From contig JAFZVB010000005.1 in NCBI GenBank assembly GCA_017618055.1, positions 91,139-155,138 of the forward strand: a DNA stretch of 64,000 bases, written 5' to 3'. A program made the position numbers and the translations under genes. The notes beneath the pieces were generated by a model. That model was not told the DNA's origin. It saw nothing but the letters and a program-made list of their open reading frames with translations, and did no database searches. This document shows, one piece after another, positions 22,474 through 32,171 of the stretch; the stretch's first letter is position 1, and the number at the start of each line of letters is the position of its first letter. This DNA is from Clostridia bacterium (GTDB lineage Bacteria > Bacillota > Clostridia > Christensenellales > CAG-917).

Positions 22474-22935
22474 TTACCTCTCAAAATGACCACTCTTTCC
22501 ACCATCTTTGGAAATGAGATAAACTTCTTCTACACTCATTCTCTTATCTACTGCCTTTAACATATCATAGATAGTTAATGCTGCAACTGAAGCTGCTGTT
22601 AATGCTTCCATCTCTACTCCAGTTTTCCAGAATGCACTTGCTTCTGTGATGATTTCTATTTCGTCTTCTTTTACTTCAAAATCTACCTTAACATAATTAA
22701 GTGGGATTGTGTGACACATTGGAATAAGTTCAGAGGTTTTCTTTGCTGCCGATATACCTGCAATTCTAGCGGTATTTAAAACATCTCCCTTCGGAGTTTT
22801 CTCATCTACTAATGCTTGAATTGTTTCCTTATTCATTTTTACCAGAGCATGTGCTTTGGCAACTCTATTGGTGTTCTCTTTCTCACCAACATCTACCATC
22901 TTTACTCCATTCTTATCTACATGACTTAATCCCAT
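22474..22935 (-). CDS. moaC: Cyclic pyranopterin monophosphate synthase
   Basis: MGLSHVDKNGVKMVDVGEK..., MCHTIPL, EMEALTAASVAALTIYDM. I prefer the ATG at 22933-22935 over the ORF-track TTG at 22947. Confidence 0.9.
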   Translation of the reverse strand: MGLSHVDKNGVKMVDVGEKENTNRVAKAHALVKMNKETIQALVDEKTPKGDVLNTARIAGISAAKKTSELIPMCHTIPLNYVKVDFEVKEDEIEIITEASAFWKTGVEMEALTAASVAALTIYDMLKAVDKRMSVEEVYLISKDGGKSGHFER

Positions 22936-22936
22936 C

Positions 22937-23884
22937 TTAACCCCCAATGCTATTCATTTCTCTATTCTGAATAACACCCAAATCTATCCCATGTTCTTTG
23001 GGCTTATTCATTATGCCTTCTAATATTGCATTTTTTATTGCTTCCTTGTTTCCAAGTTTGTCTTTTAAATCTATATATGCTGTGCCATGTAAACATAGCA
23101 ATAATTTTCCATCTGCTGTTAGTCTTACCCTGTTACAAGCTGCACAGAATTTCTTGGATATAGGTCTTATAAATCCAACCTCTAATCCGTCTTTGAATTT
23201 ATATGTCTCAGCATTGTTTGAGTAATCCTTGTCTGGAGTTCTTATGAGGTCATACCTTTTAATAATCTCATCTGCACTTATGCCGTATTTTTCATATGAA
23301 TTACAAATGCTAAATGGCATTATTTCTATGAACCTTATCTTTACATTTTTCTCTTTCCCAAACTCAGCGAACTCTCTTATTTCATCATCATTAATTCCCT
23401 TCATTAAAACGGCATTGATTTTTATGTTTTTAACACCAATTTCTCTTGCTGTTTCTATTCCAGAAAGGACTTCTTTTATGTCTCCACAACGTGTAATTGT
23501 TTTGAACTTATCTTCATTCAAAGAATCCAAACTGATATTTAAAAGGTCTAATCTGGTGTTTTTAAGTTCCTCTTTGTGCGAATCGATATAAAAACCATTG
23601 GTTGTTAAACATACCTGTTCTATGCCCTTTATCTTACTAATTTTATCTATGAAATCTACACATCCTTTTCTAACTAAAGGTTCTCCTCCAGTAACCCTGA
23701 TCTTCTTAATTCCAAGTTCTGCAAGAACCTCTATAATACTCTCCATTTGTTCAAAAGAAAGTATGTCATTATGATCTTTTTTAGGCACTCCTTCTTCTGG
23801 CATACAATACAAACATCTAAAGTTGCATCTATCTGTAATAGACACTCTTAAATAATCTATATTTCTGCCAAATCCGTCTATCAT
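22937..23884 (-). CDS. moaA: GTP 3',8-cyclase (radical SAM)
   Basis: 315 aa, LRVSITDRCNFRCLYCMP plus a C-terminal CxxC cluster region. Confidence 0.95.
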   Translation of the reverse strand: MIDGFGRNIDYLRVSITDRCNFRCLYCMPEEGVPKKDHNDILSFEQMESIIEVLAELGIKKIRVTGGEPLVRKGCVDFIDKISKIKGIEQVCLTTNGFYIDSHKEELKNTRLDLLNISLDSLNEDKFKTITRCGDIKEVLSGIETAREIGVKNIKINAVLMKGINDDEIREFAEFGKEKNVKIRFIEIMPFSICNSYEKYGISADEIIKRYDLIRTPDKDYSNNAETYKFKDGLEVGFIRPISKKFCAACNRVRLTADGKLLLCLHGTAYIDLKDKLGNKEAIKNAILEGIMNKPKEHGIDLGVIQNREMNSIGG

Positions 23885-25755
23885 TTTACTATTGTTACCT
23901 TGCCTATATCGTTGAATGAATATCCACCAATTTCTTCTACTTTTGCTTTAAACTCTGGACTTTGAATTGTTGAGATAAACTTCTTAATTCTTTCATCTTC
24001 TAGCATATCTGCTCTTACTAAGAAATCATAACTTTCTTCCCCTACTGGAATGAAATCTAATCCCATAATATTAGCTGCTGAAAGAACTGCCATACCACAA
24101 TCTGCTACACCATTTAATACTGCTGAAGCAACTGCTAAATGTGTTGTGTATTCTTTGTCATACCCAACAACTTCTTCCTTATCTATGCCGTACTTAGAAA
24201 GTTGGTAATCAAAGAGCAATCTTGTACCTGCTCCATTTTGTCTATTTGCAAATGAGAACTTACCACCCTTTAAGTCTGCAACAGATTTAATTCCTTTCGG
24301 ATTTCCTTTAGGAACAACTATTCCCTGTGTTCTTCCAAGTCCCTTTATTAAAGCCATATCTTGCTCAAAATATTTCTTTATAAATGGAATATTGTATTCG
24401 CCTGTATCTTTATCTAAAAGGTGTATTGGAGCAATGTGTGCAGAATCTGCTTTAATAGCAAGAATACCACCCATGGATCCAACGTGAGCACTTGAAACTG
24501 GCAATGTATCTCCAATAATGTCTATGACAACATCATGGCTACCAATGATAACTAGTTTCTTCTTGATTTCATCAAGTGGACGATATAATTCCACTTCAAC
24601 CTCTTCTCCAGCCTCTATGCCTTCACTATTCCAGTCTACGTCTACAATACCATCTGCCTTAACCATACTCATGACTGCTGCTGCACCTCTGTCCATAGGC
24701 GTTGCTACGAGTTTGTCATCTACAAATCCAAGGGCAACTCTTATAAACTCTTCATTTTTTAATGAAGATACTACCCTCTTTGTCATAATGGCTTTAGCTT
24801 TATCTCTTGGTGTTGCATTAATTGAAATCATCTTTGCAATAACCTCTTTTACAACCTTCTCCATTACTATATACGCAGATACTGGATATCCAGGTACACC
24901 AATAACAGGTTTTCCCTCGATAATTCCAAGGATTGTGGGCTTGCCAGGTTTAATTGCAAGACCATGTGTGTATACTTTCCCAAGTCTTTCTATAATTCTC
25001 TTTGTGTAGTCTTTAGTGCCTGCAGAAGAACCTGCATTAACAAGAACTGCATCATTTTCTTTAACTGCTTTTTTAATGGTCTCTTCTAGAAGAGCTTCAT
25101 CATCTATGCAAATATTATATCTATGTGCTTCACCGCCATAACTGTTTATTAAAGCAGACATAACCCTACTATTACTTTCCATGAGTTTGCCTTTCTTTAA
25201 ATCTTTTGTGTCTTCAACCATTTCATTGCCAGTTGGAATAACTGCAACATCTGGTTTTTTGTATACACAAACTGTAGAATTTCCGGAAGCAAGTATAGCA
25301 CCTAAATCTAACTCTCTAATTCTTTGCTTTGATGGGAATATCATCTCGGTTGCAACAACTGTCTCCCCTATGCATCTAATATGTTGCCATGGCTTGGATG
25401 GAGCAATAATTGAAATAGTACCATCTTCGTTGTTAATGACATCTTCTATCATGATGACGCTATCAAAAGGTTGGTTAACAGCATTTCCTGTATTTACGTA
25501 TTCAAATTGTCCTTCCTTTAGGACTAAAGGATTGAGTTCTGTTGCACTAGCTGTATCTTGAGAACAAACAGCAATACCATCCATTGCAGAAGCATTGTAT
25601 GTAGGATCACATACTTTAGCAAAGATTGCTTTTGCACAAACTCTGCCAACTGCCTCGATTGTTGGAATCTCTTCTGTTCCTACTTCGCTAACCAATTTTA
25701 AATATTCATCTAAAGAATCTTTTAAAGAGTTGTTTTCAATGTAAACGTTTCTCAT
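23881..25755 (-). CDS. MoeA-type molybdopterin metal insertase fused to a C-terminal periplasmic-binding-protein-like (oxyanion-binding-like) domain
   Basis: 624 aa. A MoeA core occupies about residues 1-400 (GSSAGTKDY, IKPGKPT, GVPGYPVS). It is followed by a domain of about 220 aa (GSHDVVID..., NRQNGAGTR) resembling the COG1910-type PBP domain. Confidence 0.75.
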   Translation of the reverse strand: MRNVYIENNSLKDSLDEYLKLVSEVGTEEIPTIEAVGRVCAKAIFAKVCDPTYNASAMDGIAVCSQDTASATELNPLVLKEGQFEYVNTGNAVNQPFDSVIMIEDVINNEDGTISIIAPSKPWQHIRCIGETVVATEMIFPSKQRIRELDLGAILASGNSTVCVYKKPDVAVIPTGNEMVEDTKDLKKGKLMESNSRVMSALINSYGGEAHRYNICIDDEALLEETIKKAVKENDAVLVNAGSSAGTKDYTKRIIERLGKVYTHGLAIKPGKPTILGIIEGKPVIGVPGYPVSAYIVMEKVVKEVIAKMISINATPRDKAKAIMTKRVVSSLKNEEFIRVALGFVDDKLVATPMDRGAAAVMSMVKADGIVDVDWNSEGIEAGEEVEVELYRPLDEIKKKLVIIGSHDVVIDIIGDTLPVSSAHVGSMGGILAIKADSAHIAPIHLLDKDTGEYNIPFIKKYFEQDMALIKGLGRTQGIVVPKGNPKGIKSVADLKGGKFSFANRQNGAGTRLLFDYQLSKYGIDKEEVVGYDKEYTTHLAVASAVLNGVADCGMAVLSAANIMGLDFIPVGEESYDFLVRADMLEDERIKKFISTIQSPEFKAKVEEIGGYSFNDIGKVTIVK

Positions 25756-25757
25756 AT

Positions 25758-26984
25758 TTACCTACCTGGATAAAAGTCATAAACAGGCAACAATGTGTCT
25801 GAATATACTCCTTCGCTATTTGCATTTATTTTTATATAACCATCTGCTTTTAGCATAGTTGCAAGATGTGAAGACTTTAAGAATAAGGGCTCTGCATAAA
25901 TCTTATTATCCTCAACCTTTATAGACACAGGTTGGAGCGTAGTTCTTCCTGGTGTGGAATGGAAGTTTGTTTTAACAAAAGCGTATGTCTTTGGCTTTAA
26001 TGTATACCCTCTCATGTTATAAATAACATCACAGCATAATTCCTTAAATACCAAGAGCGCTGCAAATGGATTGCCAGGAAGTCCGTATACAAGTTTGCCT
26101 TTTACCTTTGCAAGACAAGTTGGTTTGCCAGGTTTTATTGCTACACCATGCAAAAGGATTTCTCCAAGGGTTTCCAAAGCTTCATTGGTAAAGTCTCTTA
26201 CTCCAATGGAACTGCCACCAGAAAGCAATATAACGTCTGCTATATCTACTGCTTTTTCAATTTCTTGTTTAAGTGTTTCTAAATTGTCTTTAATTCTTGT
26301 ATTGTATGCTATATCAAAACCATAGGTTTTAGCAAAGGAAATAAGCATATCTGTATTAATATCCCTAATCTTTCCGTTCTCTGCTTTTTCCGATGGATCT
26401 ACAAGTTCATCCCCAGTTGAGATTATTGCAATTCTTATCTTGTTGTATATAGGAACATTAGCAATACCAAGTCCGGCAAGAATACTAATCTTAATTGTGT
26501 CTATGATATCCCCTTTCTTAGCAACAACTTGTCCAACTTGAATTTCTTCTCCTTTTAGAATAATGTTCTCATTATTTCCAATTGGTGTGTATACTGCAAT
26601 ACTATCTTTTAGAACGTCTATATGTTCTACCATTACAACACCACTAGCACCTTCTGGTATCATGGCACCTGTGGCAACATATGCAGCCTCTCCACTCTTA
26701 AGAGTGAAATCCGGTTTTTCTCCCATTTTAACATTCCCAACAACCTTCAAAAAGGATGGAATGGATTGTGTGGATGCGCCAACATCTTGAACTCTAACTG
26801 CATATCCATCTACTGTAGACCTGTTGTATAAAGGAGAAACTTCTGGAGAAAGAATATCCTCAGAAAGCATGCATCCCAAAGAATCTCTTAATGGGACAAT
26901 ACAAGAAGAAATAATCTTATTATTAAGATTATCCTTCACTATCTCTATTGTGTTTTCTAAACTTGTTACCTTAAAAAACTTCAT
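25758..26984 (-). CDS. moeA: Molybdopterin molybdenum/tungsten transferase
   Basis: 408 aa (STVDGYAV, ISTGDEL, GGSSIGVRDF, IKPGKPT, GLPGNP). Confidence 0.85.
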   Translation of the reverse strand: MKFFKVTSLENTIEIVKDNLNNKIISSCIVPLRDSLGCMLSEDILSPEVSPLYNRSTVDGYAVRVQDVGASTQSIPSFLKVVGNVKMGEKPDFTLKSGEAAYVATGAMIPEGASGVVMVEHIDVLKDSIAVYTPIGNNENIILKGEEIQVGQVVAKKGDIIDTIKISILAGLGIANVPIYNKIRIAIISTGDELVDPSEKAENGKIRDINTDMLISFAKTYGFDIAYNTRIKDNLETLKQEIEKAVDIADVILLSGGSSIGVRDFTNEALETLGEILLHGVAIKPGKPTCLAKVKGKLVYGLPGNPFAALLVFKELCCDVIYNMRGYTLKPKTYAFVKTNFHSTPGRTTLQPVSIKVEDNKIYAEPLFLKSSHLATMLKADGYIKINANSEGVYSDTLLPVYDFYPGR

Positions 26985-27473
26985 TTATTTTCTACCACAA
27001 TTGCTTTCTTCTCCAAGCAATATTCCTAATCCGTGTTCAACTGCATCTATGATGATGTCCAAACTTTCTAGAACTGCCTTCTTAGATCCAGGCATATTTA
27101 TAATTAAAGTGTTGTTTGCAATACCAGCAACAGCACGAGACAACATTGCTCTATTTGTTATTTCTAAAGATTTCATTCTCATAGCCTCAACTATGCCCAT
27201 TGCTTCTTTTTCTATAACATCCTTTGTTGCTTCTGGCATTACATCTCTTTTGCTAAATCCAGTTCCACCTGTTGTTAATACAAGAGGCACTTCCTCCTCT
27301 ACAAACTTTTTCATTTCGTTTGCAAGCATATCTCTTTCATCTGGAAGAATAACTATCCTAGATAATTCATATCCTCTGTTTTGCATATATTCAACAATAG
27401 CCTTACCACTCAAATCTTGTTGAGTTCCAGCAAAGCAACTGTCTGATGAAACTATTACACCAAATTTTCTCAT
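26985..27473 (-). CDS. MogA/MoaB-family molybdopterin adenylyltransferase
   Basis: 162 aa (TTGGTGFSKRDVMPEAT, MPGSKKA). Confidence 0.85.
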   Translation of the reverse strand: MRKFGVIVSSDSCFAGTQQDLSGKAIVEYMQNRGYELSRIVILPDERDMLANEMKKFVEEEVPLVLTTGGTGFSKRDVMPEATKDVIEKEAMGIVEAMRMKSLEITNRAMLSRAVAGIANNTLIINMPGSKKAVLESLDIIIDAVEHGLGILLGEESNCGRK

Positions 27474-28081
27474 ATATCCATTACCTTTATTAATCCAGAA
27501 GGAAGATCAAAGATTATAATCTTTCCTTTGTATTCTTCGTCATCATTTGTTAATACTCTATATGCAAGCATCGTCTCTAAAGATGCAGCAAGTCCAACAT
27601 TGAAAGATATTGTCTTATGTGGCACTTCTCCACTATTTGCATAGAAGTCATGCATTGTATTCTTATCTGGATAACAGATAAATGCTTGTCCACACTCTCC
27701 GTCTACACCAGCATGAATGAGTATCTTTTTTCTTTTCTTGCATTCGTCTGCAAGGAATAATCTAGTCTTAACTGAATCCACGCAGTCTATGACAACATCT
27801 GCCTTGTTAATTAAGTTTGCATTATGTTCGTCTAATTTTTCAAAATAAGAAATAACTTTTGCATCTGTAATGTCATTTAAAAAATCTGCATAAACTTGTG
27901 CCTTGCTAATCCCTAGATTAGACTTGGTACAAAGTAATTGCCTATTTAAATTAGACTTCTCAAATACATCCCCATCTAGAATGATGAGAGTGCCAAGATT
28001 CATTCTACCTAATTGTTGAATTACATACCCACCTAGACCACCACAGCCTACAACGAGTACGGTCTTGTCTTTTAAACTCAT
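27470..28081 (-). CDS. ThiF/MoeB/HesA-family E1-like adenylyltransferase (short form, no rhodanese or zinc-finger tail)
   Basis: 203 aa with the nucleotide-binding loop VVGCGGLGG and the NLNRQ motif. Confidence 0.75.
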   Translation of the reverse strand: MSLKDKTVLVVGCGGLGGYVIQQLGRMNLGTLIILDGDVFEKSNLNRQLLCTKSNLGISKAQVYADFLNDITDAKVISYFEKLDEHNANLINKADVVIDCVDSVKTRLFLADECKKRKKILIHAGVDGECGQAFICYPDKNTMHDFYANSGEVPHKTISFNVGLAASLETMLAYRVLTNDDEEYKGKIIIFDLPSGLIKVMDI

Positions 28082-28084
28082 ATA

Positions 28085-28330
28085 TCAACCACCAGATGCT
28101 GGAGAAAGTAACCAGACAATATCTCCATCCTTTAATTCAGTCTTGTATTTTTTTAGCTTTGCTATGTTGACTTCGTTTACATAGATGTAATATTGCTTCA
28201 AATCTTTCTTTGTAACATTATATTTTACACAAATAGCTGCTACCATCTCATTTACATCTTTGAAGTCTCCTTCCATTTCTTTGTCTTTCAAAAGAACTCT
28301 TGCTGTTCCAAAAAACTTTACCTTAACCAT
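28085..28330 (-). CDS. MoaD/ThiS-family sulfur carrier
   Basis: 81 aa ending in ...SPASGG, the diglycine C-terminus. It lies directly between AOR and the E1-like gene. Confidence 0.7.
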   Translation of the reverse strand: MVKVKFFGTARVLLKDKEMEGDFKDVNEMVAAICVKYNVTKKDLKQYYIYVNEVNIAKLKKYKTELKDGDIVWLLSPASGG

Positions 28331-28332
28331 AA

Positions 28333-30234
28333 TTATTTCTCCAATTTCAAACGTCTAATTAATTTCTTTGTTGGTTTTCCGTCTTTAGACCAGAATCTTG
28401 CTCTATAATAATTTGCTCTTAATTTTTCTAGTGGTACTTTACTCTTTGGGTTATTTAAGATTTGTAACTCATCTGTTAATCTGCCTGGAAGTTTGTCATC
28501 CTCTAAAGGATTAAGTCCTAAGTTGAGGTCTATTAATCTTTCTAAGTTGTATCCTCTTTCACCCATTCTAATGAACTTACCGAAGGTATATTTCATACCA
28601 GTTGCAGCACCAATTGCCTTTGGATGTGGCAACATATGTGGAAGGTTTATAGCAAGAACTGTTGGGATACGAAGAACTACTCTAAGTACAAATCCAACCT
28701 CTGTTATAAACTTGTTTATAATCTTTGTGAATAATCCGTTTGGTTTTGCTACCCATGGTTGTGGGAAGAATGCATAAGTTGTGAACAAACAACTACCACC
28801 TGCACTAGCTGCTTCCATAAGATCTTGGAATGTAATACAGAGTTCTGCTTTGCCGTGAGTTGTATATGGGTTTGCATTTAATCCTAAACCTTCAACAACA
28901 ACGAGGTAACCGCCATTAAGGTGACATCCTCCTCTATTACCAACTGCATATCCTAAACCTTGTCCAACAGCACCACGTGGTTCATATGCGGCCAGCTCTA
29001 AACCTTTAACGTTCATAGCAAATTCTGCACCACCATACTTTTGAGAAAGTATTCTACTGCCTTCTGCAAGTTCGTCTCCTATTCCTCTTCTGTGTGCTAT
29101 ATCATCTAAAGTTTGTGCAATGTTATCTATCTTTCCAAATTCAAGACCATTCTTCCACATTCCTTTTTCGTTTAATTCCATTGCAAATGAAATTGTATTT
29201 CCACAGGAAATAGTGTCCATACCGAGATCGTCCATGTAGTAGTTCCAGTCTAGAATTGCTTGCATATCATGGTTCATAATGTTTGGTCCAAATAAGCCAA
29301 CAGTTTCAACCTCTGGACCTTTTACTTCCTTGCCTTCAACTTTAACAACTCTTGCACATCTAATTGGACAAGATGTACATCCTGTATTTCTAACAAGATA
29401 CTTCTCTGCTAATGTCTCACCATTAACATCTTCAAAGTGTTCATACTTACCACTTCTATAGTTGTTGGTTGCAAGTAAGTTCTTAGCATGCATTGGTGTA
29501 ACCAATCCAGCTGTACCTAATGCTGGAACTTGTGCACCAGTTAAAGGGTGGTTTCTAAGTCTTGTTGTCCAGATCTTATTAACTTTGTCAAATTTCTTTT
29601 TGTCATAAACTTCTGGAGATTTGGTGCCATATACAACTAAACCTTTTAGGTTTTTAGAACCGAATACTGCTCCAACACCACCTCTTCCTGCTGCTCTTTC
29701 ATTAGAAATAACGCAAGCATATCTAACTAAGTTCTCTCCAGCTGGTCCGATAACAAACTTATCTCCCTTCTCTGGAATTGCTTCTTGTGCCTCTTGGGTT
29801 TTCATTCCCCAAAGGAAGTCTGCATTCTTGAACTCAATCTTGTCATCTGTGATGTAAAGATATGTGTGTTCTTCAGCCTTACCAGTAATGATAATTGCAT
29901 CATACCCTGCTCTCTTTAATCCCATACCAAAGTTTCCACCACAGTTAGAGGATGTATACAATCCTGTTAATGGGGAAATTGTAGAAGTATCAAAACGAGA
30001 AGAACATGGAGCACCACAGGCATTTAATGGACCTGTTGCAATTACTATCATGTTTTCTGGAGAAAGAGGATCTATCTTAGTTTTGATGTTGTCATAGATA
30101 ATCTTAGCGGCCATAATTTTACCACCAAGGAACAATTCTCTTTCTTTGTCTGAAAATGGATAATCTGTAATTTCTTTTGTTGTTAAATCGATTTTGACAA
30201 TTTTGCCACAATATGCGCCGTATTTAGATTTCAT
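28333..30234 (-). CDS. aor: Aldehyde:ferredoxin oxidoreductase family tungstopterin enzyme
   Basis: 633 aa. The AOR N-terminal domain is present (GKIVKIDLTTKEI...LGGKIMAAKI), with a cluster motif CTSCPIRC and an AOR C-terminal domain. Confidence 0.9.
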   Translation of the reverse strand: MKSKYGAYCGKIVKIDLTTKEITDYPFSDKERELFLGGKIMAAKIIYDNIKTKIDPLSPENMIVIATGPLNACGAPCSSRFDTSTISPLTGLYTSSNCGGNFGMGLKRAGYDAIIITGKAEEHTYLYITDDKIEFKNADFLWGMKTQEAQEAIPEKGDKFVIGPAGENLVRYACVISNERAAGRGGVGAVFGSKNLKGLVVYGTKSPEVYDKKKFDKVNKIWTTRLRNHPLTGAQVPALGTAGLVTPMHAKNLLATNNYRSGKYEHFEDVNGETLAEKYLVRNTGCTSCPIRCARVVKVEGKEVKGPEVETVGLFGPNIMNHDMQAILDWNYYMDDLGMDTISCGNTISFAMELNEKGMWKNGLEFGKIDNIAQTLDDIAHRRGIGDELAEGSRILSQKYGGAEFAMNVKGLELAAYEPRGAVGQGLGYAVGNRGGCHLNGGYLVVVEGLGLNANPYTTHGKAELCITFQDLMEAASAGGSCLFTTYAFFPQPWVAKPNGLFTKIINKFITEVGFVLRVVLRIPTVLAINLPHMLPHPKAIGAATGMKYTFGKFIRMGERGYNLERLIDLNLGLNPLEDDKLPGRLTDELQILNNPKSKVPLEKLRANYYRARFWSKDGKPTKKLIRRLKLEK

Positions 30235-30252
30235 AATTCACCTCAATAAATA

Positions 30253-30282
30253 ATTATAACATTTAGTTATATTATTTTTCAA
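30253..30282 (-). promoter_or_regulatory. Candidate promoter of the aor-cofactor operon
   Basis: On the minus strand: TTGAAA (30277-30282), an 18-nt spacer, TGTTATAAT (-10 at 30253-30258). The leader to the GAGGTG SD is short. Confidence 0.45.
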
Positions 30283-30344
30283 TATGCGACTTTATCTTTA
30301 TTTGGGGTATTTACTTTTAGTAACCAAGGAATTATAATTTTACT

Positions 30345-30447
30345 ATCACAATCCGATTTTATATGTCTAAAGAGAAATCCATGAGATATAAAACGTTAGG
30401 GTTAAATTGGAAACGATTTGGCCTCCCATTTTGGAAAGGAGAAAAAT
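30345..30447 (+). promoter_or_regulatory. Structured tupA leader, candidate Moco/Wco-type riboswitch
   Basis: A putative promoter (TTTACT at 30310-30315, 17 nt, TATAAT at 30333-30338) leaves a leader of about 100 nt. The leader contains UCCGA, then GGCCUCCC, then GGAAAGGAG overlapping the SD. CUCC can pair with the GGAG of the SD. The match to the Moco motif is judged from memory only. Confidence 0.35.
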
Positions 30448-31449
30448 ATGAAAAATTTTGGCAAAAAGACACTAGTCTTAGTTTTAGTACTTGTACTAGC
30501 ACTTTCAATCGTAACACTTGTAGCATGTAACAAGAAAGACACATCAACACCTGAAGAGGCAAAGACTCCTCTTATCAACACAGCAGGTGCAGATGACTTT
30601 ATTAATTGGATGGGATTAACATCAACAAGAAATACTCTCATCGCAACATATGGTACAACAGAATACGGCGAAACATTATTCACTTTAATCGCAGATGCTC
30701 CAACATACAGTGGAACTTTAGATTCATTAAAATACAGCACATCTAAGTATCCAAAGAATGAAGTAAGAATCTCAACAACAACATCTGTTAATGACACAGG
30801 TTTATTAGGATTCTTAGGTCAAAAGTTTGAAGAACAAACTGGTTGGAAAATCTTAGTTTCATCCGCTGGAACAGGTAAAGCAATTCAAAACGCAAAAGAT
30901 GGTAATGCAGACTTAATCTTAGTTCATGCAAAAGCACAAGAAGAAGCATTTGTAGAAGCAGGATATGCAAGAAAAGTTACAGGATATAGTTCTGAAAGAA
31001 TTTCATTCATGTACAACTACTTCGTATTAGCAGGTCCTCATGCAGATCCAGCAGGTGTTAAAACTGCAGCAAATATTGCAACTGGATTCCAAAATATTAA
31101 GGCAACAGCAAGTCCATTCGTAAGCCGTGGCGACAACAGTGGTACACACTCAAAAGAAATCAACCTCTGGAAAGAAGCAGGTGAAAACGATATCGGTTGG
31201 GATGCAACAACATCTACAGCAGTATATCCAGCATCATATACATGGTACACTGCAGCTGCAGCTGGTATGACAGCTTCATTACAATTAGCAAATGAAAACA
31301 ATGCTTACATTCTTTCAGATAAAGGTACATACCTCAAAAACAAGAATGGTGCAACAGATGCTATTCCAAATCTTGAAATCGTATATGAGCAAGACAACAG
31401 TCTTAAGAACACATATACAATGATTGCTGTAAACCCAGACAAATTTTAA
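30448..31449 (+). CDS. tupA: Tungstate ABC transporter substrate-binding lipoprotein
   Basis: MKNFGKKTLVLVLVLVLALSIVTLVAC lipobox, TupA-like ISTTTSVNDTGLL and VSRGDNSGTH motifs. I use the ATG at 30448 after AAGGAG; the ORF-track TTG at 30418 is rejected. Confidence 0.8.
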   Translation: MKNFGKKTLVLVLVLVLALSIVTLVACNKKDTSTPEEAKTPLINTAGADDFINWMGLTSTRNTLIATYGTTEYGETLFTLIADAPTYSGTLDSLKYSTSKYPKNEVRISTTTSVNDTGLLGFLGQKFEEQTGWKILVSSAGTGKAIQNAKDGNADLILVHAKAQEEAFVEAGYARKVTGYSSERISFMYNYFVLAGPHADPAGVKTAANIATGFQNIKATASPFVSRGDNSGTHSKEINLWKEAGENDIGWDATTSTAVYPASYTWYTAAAAGMTASLQLANENNAYILSDKGTYLKNKNGATDAIPNLEIVYEQDNSLKNTYTMIAVNPDKF

Positions 31450-31460
31450 TTTAAAATTAA

Positions 31461-32171
31461 ATGTGGGCTAGTTTTTGGCAATCTTTAGGAGAAGCATTTA
31501 AAATTATCGGTAGTGGTAATCCCCTTATGAACGAGGTGGTTGCCACTACTATGAAGATGGCAGTCACGAGCTCCATTATTTCTTTTTTAATTGGCGCTCC
31601 ACTAGGATTACTTCTAGCCACATATAATTTCAAAGGGAAAAAAGTTTTAGTTATTATTTGTAGAACGTTAATGGGATTACCTCCCGTTGCGATTGGTATT
31701 TTAGTTTACCTCCTCTTTAGAGGAATAGGACCATTTGGACAATTAAGATTAATATTTACCGTAACTGCAATGATTATTGCACAGGTTTTACTTATCACTC
31801 CAGTTGTTGTTGGTATGGTAGAAACAAGTGCAGAATCTACAGGAAAAGCATTATTTGAAACTAGACGTGGAATAGGTTTAGGTTCTACAAGAACCTTCCT
31901 TCTTATGGCTAACGAAAATAAGTACCAATTAATAGCTGCCTACCTATTCGCTTTTGCAAGAGCAACTGCTGAAGTTGGTGCCGTACAAATCGTTGGTGGT
32001 AATATTCTTCATAAAACAATGGTAATGACTACTTATATTGCCTTAAATTACAACACAGGAAATCTAGAATTTGCAGTTGCATTAGGCATAATTATTATTG
32101 CAATAACATTGGGATTTAACCTAGTTGGTGGTGTACTACAACTTATTGGTTCAAGGAAGAAAAAGAGATGA
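31461..32171 (+). CDS. tupB: Tungstate ABC transporter permease
   Basis: 236 aa multi-pass permease located between tupA and the ATPase. Confidence 0.8.
   Translation: MWASFWQSLGEAFKIIGSGNPLMNEVVATTMKMAVTSSIISFLIGAPLGLLLATYNFKGKKVLVIICRTLMGLPPVAIGILVYLLFRGIGPFGQLRLIFTVTAMIIAQVLLITPVVVGMVETSAESTGKALFETRRGIGLGSTRTFLLMANENKYQLIAAYLFAFARATAEVGAVQIVGGNILHKTMVMTTYIALNYNTGNLEFAVALGIIIIAITLGFNLVGGVLQLIGSRKKKR

Noticed and set aside
30359-31301. Minus-strand ORFs (30359-30562, 30402-30797, 30788-30970, 31038-31301) overlapping the tupA leader and gene
   Set aside because: They are antisense to a well-supported tupA with signal peptide and binding-protein motifs. They have no SD or motif support.
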